In this document: one piece after another, positions 34,118-46,363 of the stretch
Position numbering within the stretch: position 1 is the first letter of the stretch
Layout: the number at the start of each line of letters is the position of its first letter
Virus record (IMG/VR): IMGVR_UViG_3300044796_000662
Location: 298,938-362,937 of that record
DNA length: 64,000 nucleotides
Strand: one strand, 5' to 3'
The notes under the pieces: model-generated
What the model saw: the letters and a program-made list of their open reading frames with translations, nothing else
Databases searched by the model: none
Told to the model about the DNA's origin: nothing
Made by a program: the position numbers and the translations under genes

Positions 34118-34351
34118 ATGACGGGTACAGTGGTTTTCAGCGTCCCGCGAGGGGTCAACGTCAAGATGGACACCCCAGGCATAGTGCCCCCTGGCACCTA
34201 CCAGATCCTCAGTCAGAAGGATCAGAAGGTCATCGGCACGGTCACGCTCCTTCGACAGGGCGTCAACTGGTGCCGGTTCAACTGGAACCCGAAGACTGAT
34301 CCCATGCCCGTCGCCCAGCCTGGCGACCTGCTCCGTCCCGTTAGCGGATGA
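34118..34351 (+). CDS. hypothetical protein
   Basis: 77 aa, coupled to neighbours. Confidence 0.55.
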   Translation: MTGTVVFSVPRGVNVKMDTPGIVPPGTYQILSQKDQKVIGTVTLLRQGVNWCRFNWNPKTDPMPVAQPGDLLRPVSG

Positions 34352-34710
34352 GGAAGACCATGAACCCCAAGATCGCCGAACGCGTCGTCTCTCGTTTCCT
34401 CACGGCCAGCGAGAAAGTCATCGACAAGAAGAACACGGGCAACTACGTCGTGGAGCTGGTCTTCGACCCTCGCGACGCCTACGCCTTGAAGGTCCAGTTC
34501 ACGGGCGCCTGGGCGGGCGGTGACAAGGTCGAGATCTCCCTCGAAAGCAACGAATGGGAGCTGGACGAAGAGGCCGAGGACGACATGAAGAAGTGGTTCC
34601 ACTCCACGGTGCGTGGGGACCACGACGTGTCCGGACTCCTTGCTCACGCCGGCTTCGACGAGGCAGGAAACCCCCGCGGTCGCTCCAAGCCGGTCGAGGT
34701 AGACCTCTAG
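34348..34710 (+). CDS. hypothetical protein
   Basis: 120 aa; N-terminal IAERVVSRFL motif. Confidence 0.7.
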   Translation: MRKTMNPKIAERVVSRFLTASEKVIDKKNTGNYVVELVFDPRDAYALKVQFTGAWAGGDKVEISLESNEWELDEEAEDDMKKWFHSTVRGDHDVSGLLAHAGFDEAGNPRGRSKPVEVDL

Positions 34711-34877
34711 TTCGCGGTCGCGGTCTTGGGCCGGCGGCCCTTGGCCTCGTACTTCACGCCGCGTTCTGAGCCCTTGGCGAGGCTCTGGCAGTGGGAGCAG
34801 AGGGAAACCGTGCCCGAGCTAGGGGACGCGGGCCGCTCTCCACACGCAAGGCACATCTGGGGCTCTTTCTTGGCCAT
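34707..34877 (-). CDS. 56-aa Zn-ribbon protein
   Basis: MAKKEPQMCLACGE…LCSHCQ… (below the ORF-track size cut-off). Confidence 0.55.
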   Translation of the reverse strand: MAKKEPQMCLACGERPASPSSGTVSLCSHCQSLAKGSERGVKYEAKGRRPKTATAN

Positions 34878-34903
34878 ACCTACCCAACCGTACTGAAAGA
34901 ACC

Positions 34904-36136
<1,233 letters not shown>

Positions 36137-36141
36137 GGGGG

Positions 36142-36351
36142 TCACTCCGAAACGGAGGGCAGCTTCTTGATCTCGCCCTTGGCGAGCTTCCACGCGCGCT
36201 GGACGACCCAAGAGAGCGAGCGATCGAGACGCTTGGCCTCCTCGGCGATCTCCTTGAGCATGTCCTCGGGGAAGTAGAGGGACTGCTTCCTCTTGTCCGT
36301 CTTCACGTTGTCGGCGGGCATCAACTTCTCCTGGTCTTCTTTGGTGCTCAT
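36142..36351 (-). CDS. small RHH-like protein of the Myxococcales MXAN_4361/4362 (TIGR04563-like) family
   Basis: DKRKQSLYFPEDML.EI..EA.RLDRSLSWVVQ.AW signature (recognised from memory); GGAG RBS. Confidence 0.8.
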   Translation of the reverse strand: MSTKEDQEKLMPADNVKTDKRKQSLYFPEDMLKEIAEEAKRLDRSLSWVVQRAWKLAKGEIKKLPSVSE

Positions 36352-36527
36352 GGTAAACTCCGAGCCGTAACAAGAATGACGTCCACCTAAGGACGTCCCC
36401 GACCAAGGTAGTTGGCCGGGTTCCCGATAAGCAGATCGCTACAGAGGATCCTCAAGAAGATCCTCACGCTACAGCTTCTTCGAGTGAGCCGGTTTTGTCT
36501 GCCCTGGTCCGTGTAAAGGACAGACAA

Positions 36528-37295
36528 ATGCGTACTTTTGCGATCGGTGATGTGCACGGCTGCCTGGAGCTGCTCGAACGGCTCCTTGACAGCCTCAACT
36601 ACGAGCCGTCTTCGGACCAGCTTGTTTTCGTGGGGGACCTCATCGACCGAGGTCCGTCCCCAGCGTCAGTGGTTCGCCTCGTGCGGACCCTGCAACTGAG
36701 CGGGAAGGTCGTTGCCATCAAGGGCAACCACGAGGACAAGTGCAACCGCTGGTTCCAGCGGGTGGAGCGGGAGCGACTGACCGGGAAGAAGAACGGGATG
36801 TCTCCGCCAAATCCTGAGCGGCTCGCCGAATGGAACGAGCTGACAGTCGAGGAGCGACAGTGGATGGACAGCCTTCCCCTCATCGCTGAGGTGTCGGAAG
36901 GATGGCTGGCCGTTCACGCCGGCTTCGAGGCCGTTCCGATGGACCAACAAGAACCCGACAGGGTGATGCGGGTCCGTTGGGTGGATGAGAAGACGGGCAA
37001 GCACAAGGGAATCGACCGTGACTCGGACGACCCCTTCGCGATGCCTCCCGGTTGCGTTCCCTGGATGTCCCTCTGGAAGGGACCCAAGAACGTGGTCTAC
37101 GGTCACGCGGTCCATAGCAGACGAACCCCCCGCATCGATCGCCCGGCTCCGGGCGTCGAAGTGTGGGGGATCGATACAGGTGCGTGCTTCGGCGGGCACC
37201 TGACGGCCCTGTGCCTGGAGACCCGTGAAGTCATCCAGGTTGCAGACGGCAAGAGCTACGCAAAGCTCTTCGCCAAGTTGGCAGATGGTTCATGA
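36528..37295 (+). CDS. metallophosphoesterase (ApaH/PrpE-like)
   Basis: GDVHG, GDLIDRGP, GNHE, VHAG, YGH and IDTGA motifs. Confidence 0.92.
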   Translation: MRTFAIGDVHGCLELLERLLDSLNYEPSSDQLVFVGDLIDRGPSPASVVRLVRTLQLSGKVVAIKGNHEDKCNRWFQRVERERLTGKKNGMSPPNPERLAEWNELTVEERQWMDSLPLIAEVSEGWLAVHAGFEAVPMDQQEPDRVMRVRWVDEKTGKHKGIDRDSDDPFAMPPGCVPWMSLWKGPKNVVYGHAVHSRRTPRIDRPAPGVEVWGIDTGACFGGHLTALCLETREVIQVADGKSYAKLFAKLADGS

Positions 37296-37376
37296 CAGTG
37301 TCCCCAGAGTAGCGTTCTGGGGACACTGCCAGTCTGAGTAGCGCGCTGGTACTTCATCGTTTACTCTGTATGTACG

Positions 37377-37601
37377 ATGGCCCGCCGACGCCGAGTCACG
37401 CAGGACACGCGCTGCCCCCGTGGCAAGTGCGAGCGCTGCCACGACATCGGGCGCGAGTCCAAGCGGACGTGCGTCGCCATCCCGGGACCGAAGAACAAGG
37501 CCAAGCACAAGTTCCACGTCTGCGACACGTGCGGGCGGGACATCATCCGCCAGTGGGACTACATCCTCTGGCGCATCATCGACGGCGGCGCCTCGGTGTA
37601 A
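37377..37601 (+). CDS. small Cys/His-rich Zn-binding protein
   Basis: CPRGKCERCHD…HVCDTCG. Confidence 0.65.
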   Translation: MARRRRVTQDTRCPRGKCERCHDIGRESKRTCVAIPGPKNKAKHKFHVCDTCGRDIIRQWDYILWRIIDGGASV

Positions 37602-37609
37602 CTGAGGGC

Positions 37610-37837
37610 ATGGCCCGCCCGACGCTCCCGTACGTGGACTACGCCTCGATCGAGCTGCGGATCGCCGCTCTCAAGTTGGAGTACGAGGAACGCAAGCGTG
37701 CTGGTCTGGCCGTGTGTGAGAAGCCGAGCCGTCAGCATGCGCAAACGGTCAACTTCGCCATCCTCTACGGCACTTCCGACCACGTGGAAGACACGCTCCG
37801 CAAGATAGTGGGTCTCCCACCTACCGATTTTCGCTGA
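37610..37837 (+). CDS. 75-aa protein carrying family-A DNA polymerase motif A- and B-like sequences
   Basis: DYASIELRIAA and RQHAQTVNFAILYG; GGTGTA motif 9 nt upstream. Confidence 0.6.
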   Translation: MARPTLPYVDYASIELRIAALKLEYEERKRAGLAVCEKPSRQHAQTVNFAILYGTSDHVEDTLRKIVGLPPTDFR

Positions 37838-37897
37838 CCCCTGAGACGCCCGACACAGCTAGGCGAGGGCGGCGATGCAACGCCTCCCGTCTACCAG

Positions 37898-38137
37898 GTG
37901 GAGGCGAACATGGGTTGGATCAGCAAGCGCAAGATGGAGACCGGGGGCAGCATCGGCCCGGGAGGACTGAGCGAACGCAAGAAGGGCGCTCCGCTCCGGA
38001 AGGTCGTGGGCACGGTCGCGTATCACGGCAACCTCTTTCAGGCCGACCGCGTGCTGCTCGAATGCGGACACGAGGCCGAGAGTTGGGGAGGCGTCCGCGC
38101 CCGCTGCGTCAAGTGCAAGGAGGCGGCGTCCCGGTAA
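37898..38137 (+). CDS. hypothetical protein
   Basis: LECGH…CVKC motif. Confidence 0.55.
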   Translation: MEANMGWISKRKMETGGSIGPGGLSERKKGAPLRKVVGTVAYHGNLFQADRVLLECGHEAESWGGVRARCVKCKEAASR

Positions 38138-38331
38138 CCTTCTTCAGGTTTTCACCCCTTGTTTTGTAGCAGATCGTAGCGGACGGCCGTTTCGACCTTC
38201 AGGTTGCGGCCGTCCATTCCTTGGAAGCCCCGTGTTCCTGCGGGTCTTTCCCCATGGGGCGATTTCACTCCTGAAGAACACGCCAGCGGTGTAGGTACCA
38301 TAGGTGAGTGAACTGACCCGAGAGGATACCC

Positions 38332-40707
38332 ATGACGACGCCGAGTAGCCACAAGATCTCCAAGGACATGTATCTCGTGCGGCAGCCGATCAGCAAAGCC
38401 GCGCCCGCGGTGGCGAAGGCTGTCGAAGTCCCCACGGACCACATCTACGTCATCGACTGCTCCGGCAGCATGACCTACGACCTGCCGAAGGTCGCCAACC
38501 AGGTGAAGCGGAAGCTGCCGAAGTCGCTCAAGGAGAGCGACACGCTGACCGTCATCTGGTTCTCGGGTCGCGGGCAGTGCGGCGTGCTCCTCGAAGCCGA
38601 GCCGGTCGCCACGCTCAAGGACTTGAAGAAGGTCGAGGATGCGGTCGATCGCTGGATCCGCCCGATCGGGATGACGGGCTTCAAGGAGCCCCTCGTTCTC
38701 GCCAAGGAAGTGGCCGAGCGCCTGACCAAGGGCAACAAGGGTCGCGCGACCTCGCTCTACTTCATGAGCGACGGCTGCGACAACCAGTGGAGCCGTGGCG
38801 AGATCCTCAAGGTGATCGAGGACGTGGGCACGAAGGTCCAGTCGGTCACGATCGTGGAGTACGGCTACTACGCCGACCGTCCGCTGCTCACGTCGATGGC
38901 CGAGAAGGCGGGCGGTACGTTCATCTTCGCCGAGACCTTCGATCGGTACGAGCCGCTCATCGAGGCGGCGATCCACAAGAAGGTCACGACGGCCAAGCGC
39001 ATCGAGGTCGAGGTGAAGGGCGACCAGATCGGCGGCTTCGCGTATGCTCTCTCGGGCGGTGACCTCGTCACGTTCGGAATCGAGGGCGGCAAGATCGCTG
39101 TGCCGGAAGACCTGTCCGAGGTCTACTACCTCTCGCCCTCCGTGATCGGCAAGGGCGATGGCGACGTGGACTACAAGGACTCGGCGCAGGCCGCCGCGCT
39201 CTACGCTGCGGTCAGTCTCTTCGCGGTCCGCATGAAGCCCGACGTCGTCTACCCGCTGCTCAAGGTGCTCGGCGACGTGCAGTACATCGAGCAGTTCAGC
39301 GTGTGCTTCGGCAAGCAGAAGTACAGCGAGTTCATGGACGTCGCGAAGCAGGCGGCGTTCGAGCCGAAGCTGCGGCTCGTCAAGGGCTACGATCCGAAGC
39401 GCGTGCCCCGTGAGGACGCCTTCACCGTGCTCGACGTGCTGAACCTCCTCCAGCAAGACGACCTGGCGACCGTGCTGCTCGACGCTCCGGAGTTCAAGTA
39501 CAGCAAGATCGGCCGTGGGCGCGTCGATGCGTCCGACCAGCTCGACTCGGACGAGCAGGCCGAGATCGAGCGTCTGACCGCCGAGATGAAGGGCGTGAAG
39601 GACTCGAAGAAGATCAAGGAGCTGACCGACAAGATCGCCGAGCTGGCGAACAAGCCCGAGGCTCTCAAGCCCGTGCGCGTCAAGCAGCCGGGCGGCTACC
39701 CGATCCTCGATCTCACCTTCAACGAGGACCGTCCGAACGTCTCGATGAGGGTCAAGCACCAGGTCACCATCGATCTGACCAAGCGCCTCAAGACGGCCCC
39801 CAAGGGGACGGAGAAGGTGCCTGCGAACTTCGAGTGCTTCCAGTTCCGCAACTACGCGGTCATCAAGGATGGCCTCATCAACATCGAGACGCTGCCGGCG
39901 CGCATCTCGACGGGCACCTTCGAGAAGCTTCTCGCTGAAGGGGTCATCGACAAGAACGGGGTCAAGTCGATGGTTCACGGCACGTGGGATGTCCTGCTCG
40001 ACCTCCGCAAGCTGCCGGTCATCAACCGGCAGATGGTCAAGACCCTCAGCGCCAAGGACTTCTTCCAGCGCAGCTACGACCTGACGAAGGCTCAGGCCGC
40101 GCAGAAGGTCTTCAAGGACTACGCCAAGTCCCTGCTCCCTGCGAAGGAAAGCAAGGGCTACGTGGACCAGTACGGCGCGGATGCTGCCACCTGGCTCAAG
40201 GAGCAGGGCATCACGGACTACAACGGCTACCAGCCGCCCAAGACCACGCAGGCCCCGACGACGGACGTCTACGTTGGCAAGGAGCTGAAGGTCAGCCTCA
40301 AGGGGTTGTCGTCGCTCCCCAAGGTCGCCGACGTTCAGGCCAAGATCATGAAGAAGGCCGCTGACGGCACGGTCGAATGGCTGAAGAACCCCAAGCTCAA
40401 CGCCCCGGGCGCCCTCATGGCCGACGCCGTGAAGGAAGTCGAGACGTTCCTGGCCAGCCCTGCGTACACGAAGGCCAAGGACCAGGGAGAGACCCTGAAG
40501 AACTGGCTCGAAGTCCAGAAGAAGGCATCGATCGAGAAGGCCCGCCAGCTCATCTTCGAGGTCGCGCAGGCGACGTTCGTGACGGTCGTGGGCCAGGTCT
40601 GGTTCCAGGAGTTCGCGTCGATCGACGAGAACACCATGAACATCAAGGTCGATGGCAACGAGATCGAGTGCAAGGTCGAGATGAAGGAAGTCGAGATCCG
40701 CATCTGA
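38332..40707 (+). CDS. large vWA (MIDAS) domain protein
   Basis: VIDCSGSM, G.TGF.EPL and FMSDG motifs; 791 aa; GAGGA RBS. Confidence 0.88.
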   Translation: MTTPSSHKISKDMYLVRQPISKAAPAVAKAVEVPTDHIYVIDCSGSMTYDLPKVANQVKRKLPKSLKESDTLTVIWFSGRGQCGVLLEAEPVATLKDLKKVEDAVDRWIRPIGMTGFKEPLVLAKEVAERLTKGNKGRATSLYFMSDGCDNQWSRGEILKVIEDVGTKVQSVTIVEYGYYADRPLLTSMAEKAGGTFIFAETFDRYEPLIEAAIHKKVTTAKRIEVEVKGDQIGGFAYALSGGDLVTFGIEGGKIAVPEDLSEVYYLSPSVIGKGDGDVDYKDSAQAAALYAAVSLFAVRMKPDVVYPLLKVLGDVQYIEQFSVCFGKQKYSEFMDVAKQAAFEPKLRLVKGYDPKRVPREDAFTVLDVLNLLQQDDLATVLLDAPEFKYSKIGRGRVDASDQLDSDEQAEIERLTAEMKGVKDSKKIKELTDKIAELANKPEALKPVRVKQPGGYPILDLTFNEDRPNVSMRVKHQVTIDLTKRLKTAPKGTEKVPANFECFQFRNYAVIKDGLINIETLPARISTGTFEKLLAEGVIDKNGVKSMVHGTWDVLLDLRKLPVINRQMVKTLSAKDFFQRSYDLTKAQAAQKVFKDYAKSLLPAKESKGYVDQYGADAATWLKEQGITDYNGYQPPKTTQAPTTDVYVGKELKVSLKGLSSLPKVADVQAKIMKKAADGTVEWLKNPKLNAPGALMADAVKEVETFLASPAYTKAKDQGETLKNWLEVQKKASIEKARQLIFEVAQATFVTVVGQVWFQEFASIDENTMNIKVDGNEIECKVEMKEVEIRI

Positions 40708-40820
40708 CTCACTTCGTGGTCGGTCGGTACACCCGATCGGTGTAGTACCAGAGGGCGACGGGATGTTTTCCCGCCGCCCTCTTTCATGTAGAGGGACGAC
40801 TCCAAGAAAGGCAGGGCAGC

Positions 40821-41513
40821 GTGTCGGACAAGGGAAAGGGACTCTTCGGCGGCTTGAAGGGGATGTTCGTGGAGGAGACTCCCGAGCCCACGCACGCCGC
40901 ACAACCGGCTCCGGCCGCCGCTCCGCCGCCTCCTGCGCGGAACACCCCCGTGCCGGTTATGTCGTCGTTCTCGACGCTTCCCCGCACGCCTGCGGCGCCC
41001 CCTCCCGTCCAGGCGGATGAGGGCTCGCTCAAGTATCTGCGTGGTGAGCTGGCCAAGGCCATCTCGCCGGCCTACGCGGGCTTCATGGCGCAGTACGACG
41101 CTCTCGCGGAAGTCATCCCGGGCGAGGACATGCGCTTCAAGGCCGCCCTGAAGGCGAGCAAGACCACGGTGGCGGATCTCGCGAACGCCCTGGACGGTCT
41201 GACGGCCACGCTGACGGCCACGCACGACAAGTTCAGCGCCACCTACGAGGCGAGCAAGAAGAAGGCGATGGACGCCGCGAACGCGCAGGTCGAGGCCACG
41301 CAGCGCCTCATCGAGACCCGCACGCAACAGCTCGCTGCCATCCAGGCGGAGATCCAGTCCCTCCAGGGCAAGCTTCAGACGGACACGGAAGCTGCACAGA
41401 ACGAAGAGCGGCGCATCGAAGGGACCCGGGCGGGCTTCGAGGCGGCGTACGCACAAGTCGCCGGGGAACTCAACGCACAGAAGGCGCACGTCGGTGCGCA
41501 GCCGAGGAACTGA
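40821..41513 (+). CDS. coiled-coil protein with Pro-rich linker
   Basis: A/Q/E/K heptads in the C-terminal half. Confidence 0.8.
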   Translation: MSDKGKGLFGGLKGMFVEETPEPTHAAQPAPAAAPPPPARNTPVPVMSSFSTLPRTPAAPPPVQADEGSLKYLRGELAKAISPAYAGFMAQYDALAEVIPGEDMRFKAALKASKTTVADLANALDGLTATLTATHDKFSATYEASKKKAMDAANAQVEATQRLIETRTQQLAAIQAEIQSLQGKLQTDTEAAQNEERRIEGTRAGFEAAYAQVAGELNAQKAHVGAQPRN

Positions 41514-41516
41514 CCA

Positions 41517-42566
41517 ATGCCCGAGACATCGAAGCCCTGGACCTCACGTCCTGAGGGCAAGTTCGGAACCGCCGTGCTCTTCGCGGCGATCATCGCGGGC
41601 GGCGGAGCCCTGCTCTACTTCTGGGGTCTCATCCTGCCGTTCCTCATCGGCGTGGTGACCAACACCATCGAGCTGGCTGCGCTCTGCGGCGTTCTCGCCC
41701 TCATGGCTGTCGTGGTCTTCGACCCGCGGTGGAGGAACCTGGCCGTCTACGGGTACAAGTCGCTCATGCGTGCCATCACCGGCATGTTCATCGAGATCGA
41801 TCCCATCGGCATCCTCAAGACCTACGTCGTGAGCCTGCGCAAGCGCCTGGACGAGATGGACCAGTCGATCTCCAACCTCTCGGGCCAGATCCGCAAGCTC
41901 AAGGAGCAGATCAGCTCCAACGAGCAGAAGCGCGTGCACAGCCTGCAAGTCATGCAACAGGCCCAACAGCGCGTGAAGGACGATGCGACGGCCACGGGCA
42001 TGAAGAACGTCTTCACGCTCCAGGCTCGCCAGGCCGGGCGCCTGGAGAAGTCGAACCTGACCCTGCAAGGTCTCCTCGACAAGATGGAGGGGATGCTCAA
42101 GGTGCTCCGCAAGTACCGTGAGGCGTCTGCGCTCCTCATCGAGGACATCAACGGCGAAGTCGAGGTCAAGAGCGCCGAGCGCGCCGCGCTGCTCGCCGGG
42201 TACAACGCGTTCTCCAAGGCCAAGAAGATCATGGCCGGTGGTGGCGACGAGAAGGAACTCTTCGACATGACCATGGAGAAGCTGGCCGACGACTACGGCA
42301 TGAAGATGGGCGAGATCGAGAACTTCATGGACATGTCCAAGGGGTTCATCGACGGCGTGGACCTCGACAAGGGCGTCTTCGAGGCGCAGGGTCTCGCGCA
42401 GCTCGAAGCATGGGAGAAGAAGAGCGACAGTCTTCTCCTGCACGGCAGCAACGGCAACGGGAACAACGTCCGCATCGACGTCGCCCCGTCGTACGAAGCG
42501 GCTGCCCCTTTGGATGACGATGCTGCCCCCAACAGCATCTCGGAACTCTTCAACAAGCACAACTGA
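41517..42566 (+). CDS. membrane-anchored PspA/IM30-like coiled-coil protein
   Basis: Two N-terminal hydrophobic helices, DPIGIL motif and long coiled coil. Confidence 0.75.
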   Translation: MPETSKPWTSRPEGKFGTAVLFAAIIAGGGALLYFWGLILPFLIGVVTNTIELAALCGVLALMAVVVFDPRWRNLAVYGYKSLMRAITGMFIEIDPIGILKTYVVSLRKRLDEMDQSISNLSGQIRKLKEQISSNEQKRVHSLQVMQQAQQRVKDDATATGMKNVFTLQARQAGRLEKSNLTLQGLLDKMEGMLKVLRKYREASALLIEDINGEVEVKSAERAALLAGYNAFSKAKKIMAGGGDEKELFDMTMEKLADDYGMKMGEIENFMDMSKGFIDGVDLDKGVFEAQGLAQLEAWEKKSDSLLLHGSNGNGNNVRIDVAPSYEAAAPLDDDAAPNSISELFNKHN

Positions 42567-42589
42567 CAAGGACGAAGGACGACAACCCC

Positions 42590-44398
42590 ATGGCTACTCG
42601 ACTCAAGCCCCTCCCGAAGGTCCTCATCGGCCTCGCCGGATTCGGGCTCCTGTTCGGACTGTTCAAGTACCTCGTGAGCACGGGCGTCATCGCGATGCCC
42701 GGCCATGCTGCCGAGGTGCCCAAGGCCGCAGCCCTGCCGGACGCCCCGGCGGCCGCCGCAACGACGGCGAACGCTTCGGTTGCCGCTGTCCCCCTGCCCG
42801 GGTCCACGGCCGTCCACAAGGGCACGGACGTGCGCGTCAGCATGTGGGCGTGGAACGCGCAGATGGGCTTCATGTTCGCCAACGGCGGTCCGGACACCAC
42901 GGACGGCTCGCTCATGTCGCAGCACAACGTGAACGTCCACATCACCCGTGAGGACGACACGACCAAGATGCAGGGCATGCTCCTCGCGATGGCGAAGGCG
43001 TACCAGTCGAACCCCAACACGACCGAGGGCGTGCACTTCATCACCCTCATGGGCGACGGTACCGCCGCGTTCTTCGCCGGGATCAATCCGCTCCTCACGA
43101 AGATCTGCAAGGACTGCACGGCCGAAGTCGTCGGCGTGCTCGGCTACTCGCGCGGCGAGGACAAGCTCATGGGGCCGCCCGCCTGGAAGCAGAGCCCCAA
43201 GGCGGCCGTCACAGGCGACGGAGCCCTCATCGCGGGCGTGCTCCGCGATGGCGACTGGAACGTGGCCATGAAGTGGGCAGCGGACAACAACCTGCCCAAC
43301 AACCCGGACGAGACGACGTTCGACCCCGACGCGCTCAACTGGCTCAACGCCAATGACTACATCGAGGCGGGGACCAAGTACATCACGGGCACCTGCGAAG
43401 ATCGCCCCGTCGTCCACCAGGGCAAGCGCACCGGCCAGACGAAGCACGTCTGCGTCAACGGCGTCGTGACCTGGACCCCCGGTGACGTGAACGTCGCGCA
43501 GAAGAAGGGCGGGCTCGTCTCCATCGTCTCGACCAAGGAGTACCGCGCTCAGATGCCCTGCGCCCTCATCGGCATCCACAAGTGGGACGCCGCTCACCCG
43601 GACGCGGTCAAGGGCATGCTCCAGGCCGCGTTCGACGGCGCCGACCAGGTGCGCTCGTACCCGGCTGCTCTCTCGAAGGCGGCTGCGATCAGCGCTGCGG
43701 TCTACCACGGTTCGACCGAGGAGAACGCCGCCTACTGGGAGAAGTATTACAAGGGGGTCACGGAAGCTGACGCGACCGGCCTCCAGGTGCAGCTCGGCGG
43801 GTCGTCGGTCTCGAACCTCGCCGACGACATGCAGATCTTCGGGCTCGCTCCCGGCGCGGCCAACCTGTTCGACGCGACCTACAGCGTCTTCGGAGACATC
43901 GTCGTTCAACAGTACCCGAAGCTCGTACCGAACTACCCGCCGACGAGCGCCATCCTCGACACGTCCTACGTGAAGGCGCTGGCCGCCACTTCGACGGCCA
44001 CGACCACGGCGGACCTGCCCAAGTATGACCAGAACGAGGGCATCACGCAGCTCGTCTCCAAGAAGGCGTGGGCCATCAACTTCGACACGGGCAAGGCCAC
44101 CTTCACGCCCGATGCGAACACGGCGCTCAGCCAGATCACGAAGAACACGGAGATCACCGACCTGCTCATCGAGATCGACGGCTACACGGACAACACCGGG
44201 GACCCGGGGTTCAACAAGACCCTGTCGCAGCAGAGGGCTGACGCCGTGCGCCAGTACCTCATGAAGCAGTCCGCCTCGAACTTCCCGCCCACGCGCTTCA
44301 CCGTGCATGGGTACGGGCAGGACAAGCCGATCGCCAGCAACGAGACCGAGGCTGGCAAGGCGAAGAACCGGCGCGTCGAAATCCTCATGGGGAACTAG
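42590..44398 (+). CDS. ABC-type (NitT/TauT-like) substrate-binding domain fused to OmpA C-terminal domain
   Basis: N-terminal TM; periplasmic binding region; IDGYTDNTG…N.TLSQQRA.AV…GYG…P.ASN…NRRVEI OmpA motif. Confidence 0.88.
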   Translation: MATRLKPLPKVLIGLAGFGLLFGLFKYLVSTGVIAMPGHAAEVPKAAALPDAPAAAATTANASVAAVPLPGSTAVHKGTDVRVSMWAWNAQMGFMFANGGPDTTDGSLMSQHNVNVHITREDDTTKMQGMLLAMAKAYQSNPNTTEGVHFITLMGDGTAAFFAGINPLLTKICKDCTAEVVGVLGYSRGEDKLMGPPAWKQSPKAAVTGDGALIAGVLRDGDWNVAMKWAADNNLPNNPDETTFDPDALNWLNANDYIEAGTKYITGTCEDRPVVHQGKRTGQTKHVCVNGVVTWTPGDVNVAQKKGGLVSIVSTKEYRAQMPCALIGIHKWDAAHPDAVKGMLQAAFDGADQVRSYPAALSKAAAISAAVYHGSTEENAAYWEKYYKGVTEADATGLQVQLGGSSVSNLADDMQIFGLAPGAANLFDATYSVFGDIVVQQYPKLVPNYPPTSAILDTSYVKALAATSTATTTADLPKYDQNEGITQLVSKKAWAINFDTGKATFTPDANTALSQITKNTEITDLLIEIDGYTDNTGDPGFNKTLSQQRADAVRQYLMKQSASNFPPTRFTVHGYGQDKPIASNETEAGKAKNRRVEILMGN

Positions 44399-45249
44399 TG
44401 GCCAACTCCATCCCCACCGCACCCGCGAGTCCGGCGGCGATTCAAAGTCGCCGGGCTTCGCCCCTCTGGGGCTTCCAGGAAGCCTGGAGGCCAAACGGGC
44501 ACCCGCCCGCCTCCGTGCAGCGGGGCATGGTCATCGTCACGGTTCTCCTCTTCCTCGGGGCTTGGGCCATGAACTCGGGAGGAGTCCTCCCGAGCCCCGG
44601 GGAGGTTCTCGACGCCTTCCCCGCCCTCTTCCAGCAAGGGCTCGTCTTCCAGCTCTACGTGAGCCTTGCGACGAACCTCCAGGCCATCGCCCTCTCGTGC
44701 CTGCTCACGGTTCCTCTCGCGTACCTGACCGTCCTGCCCGCGCTGCGCCCCCTCGTGCACGCGTTCTGCAAGGCACGGTTCCTCAGCCTCACCGGGTTCG
44801 TCATCCTCTTCACGATCACGTTCGGCGGCGGGCACGGCCTCAAGGTCGCGCTCCTTGTCTTCGGGATGAGCACCTTCCTCATCACGAGTCTCAACGAAGT
44901 CGTCGAGAGCATCCCCCGGGAGGAATTCGATCACGCCCGCACGCTCCGCATGGGACCGTGGGGCTCAGTTTGGGAGGTCGTCGTCATCGGCCGCTTCGAT
45001 GCCGTGCTCGACACCATCCGCCAGAACGCAGCCATGGGATTGCTCATGCTGACGATGGTGGAAGGGCTCGTGCGCTTCGAAGGCGGCCTCGGAGCGATGA
45101 TGCTCGCCGAGGACAAGCACCTCAAGCTCGCGGCCGTTGCCGCTGTCCAGCTCATCGTGCTCGGCATCGGCTTCTGTCAGGACTGGTTGATCCTGCTCTT
45201 GCGTCGTGTGATCTGCCCGTACGCCAGCCTGACCCTGGAGCGCCGATGA
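44398..45249 (+). CDS. ABC transporter permease (SsuC/TauC-like)
   Basis: LPSPGEV, multiple TM helices, EAA-like loop IPREEFDHARTL. Confidence 0.88.
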   Translation: MANSIPTAPASPAAIQSRRASPLWGFQEAWRPNGHPPASVQRGMVIVTVLLFLGAWAMNSGGVLPSPGEVLDAFPALFQQGLVFQLYVSLATNLQAIALSCLLTVPLAYLTVLPALRPLVHAFCKARFLSLTGFVILFTITFGGGHGLKVALLVFGMSTFLITSLNEVVESIPREEFDHARTLRMGPWGSVWEVVVIGRFDAVLDTIRQNAAMGLLMLTMVEGLVRFEGGLGAMMLAEDKHLKLAAVAAVQLIVLGIGFCQDWLILLLRRVICPYASLTLERR

Positions 45250-45542
45250 GTAGCAGCGCCAACTTCGTCTACCTGACCGGCTTCGCAGCCGTATGCATCG
45301 TGGGCATCATCGCCGCAGTCGCCGCCGCCGACGATCCAACGGCCGCAACCCACACCCTCGAAACGGAAGGGTGGTCCGACATCCACGTCTACGACTCGGG
45401 GGTTGCGACCGGCTTCGAGGGTTGCTCCGACGACGACGGGATCTACTACCGGGCCACCGGCAAGAACCCCGCGGGCAAGGAAGCGAAGGCCCTCGTGTGC
45501 TGCGGGGCCATTCTCAAGGCGTGCACGGTGAGGATCGAATGA
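45246..45542 (+). CDS. small exported/membrane protein with conserved Cys
   Basis: N-terminal TM; GCSDDD…ATGKNPAG…VCCG. Confidence 0.7.
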   Translation: MSSSANFVYLTGFAAVCIVGIIAAVAAADDPTAATHTLETEGWSDIHVYDSGVATGFEGCSDDDGIYYRATGKNPAGKEAKALVCCGAILKACTVRIE

Positions 45543-46363
45543 CAATGCAACCGTACGAGCTGCGCGACGTGCTGCTAAGCGTCCGCAACGTCTCGTTGTC
45601 CTACGACGGCAAGCCCGTGCTCACGAACGTCAACGCGGACGTGAGGGACATCGTGCGCCCCAACTGCGTGACGGGGCAGATCGTCGGCATCCTCGGTCCG
45701 AGCGGCGTCGGTAAGACGCAACTCTCGCGCATCATGGCGGGCCTCCAGGAACCGACCTCGGGGCAGGTGACGGTGACGTCCAAGGCCACCCCCGTCAGGG
45801 CGGGGCTCGTCGGGTACGTGCCGCAGAACTACCCACTGCTTCGCCACCGGACCGTGTCCGGCAACCTCATCGTCGCTGCCAAGATGGCCGGGGCGGATGA
45901 TGCGACCGCTCGCGCAAAGGCCCTCGACTACCTCCAGAAGTTCGAACTCGAAGACAAGTGGGACGTGTACCCGGCGCAGCTCTCGGGCGGCCAGCGGCAG
46001 CGCGTCGCCATCGCGCAACAGCTTCTCTGCTCCGAGCACTACCTGATCCTCGACGAGCCGACGACCGGCCTCGACCCGATCATGAAGGATGTCGTCTGCA
46101 ACTTCATCCGTCAGGTCGCGGCCCTCAACGAGGAGAACACCATCCTCGTCGTCACGCACGACATCCCCGCTGTGCTGACCATGGCCGACACGCTCTGGCT
46201 CGTCGGCCGTCAGCGCGACGCCGAGGGCAAGTCCATTGGCGCCAGCATCGCCCAGACCTACAACCTGATCGAGCGTGAGATCACCTGGGAACCGAACGTC
46301 GCCTCGACGGTGGCCTTCCAGGAACTCGCCCGCGAGATCCGAGCACGCTTCGAGACCCTATGA
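45539..46363 (+). CDS. ABC transporter ATP-binding protein
   Basis: GPSGVGKT, LSGGQRQR, ILDEP, VTHD motifs. Confidence 0.95.
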   Translation: MTMQPYELRDVLLSVRNVSLSYDGKPVLTNVNADVRDIVRPNCVTGQIVGILGPSGVGKTQLSRIMAGLQEPTSGQVTVTSKATPVRAGLVGYVPQNYPLLRHRTVSGNLIVAAKMAGADDATARAKALDYLQKFELEDKWDVYPAQLSGGQRQRVAIAQQLLCSEHYLILDEPTTGLDPIMKDVVCNFIRQVAALNEENTILVVTHDIPAVLTMADTLWLVGRQRDAEGKSIGASIAQTYNLIEREITWEPNVASTVAFQELAREIRARFETL

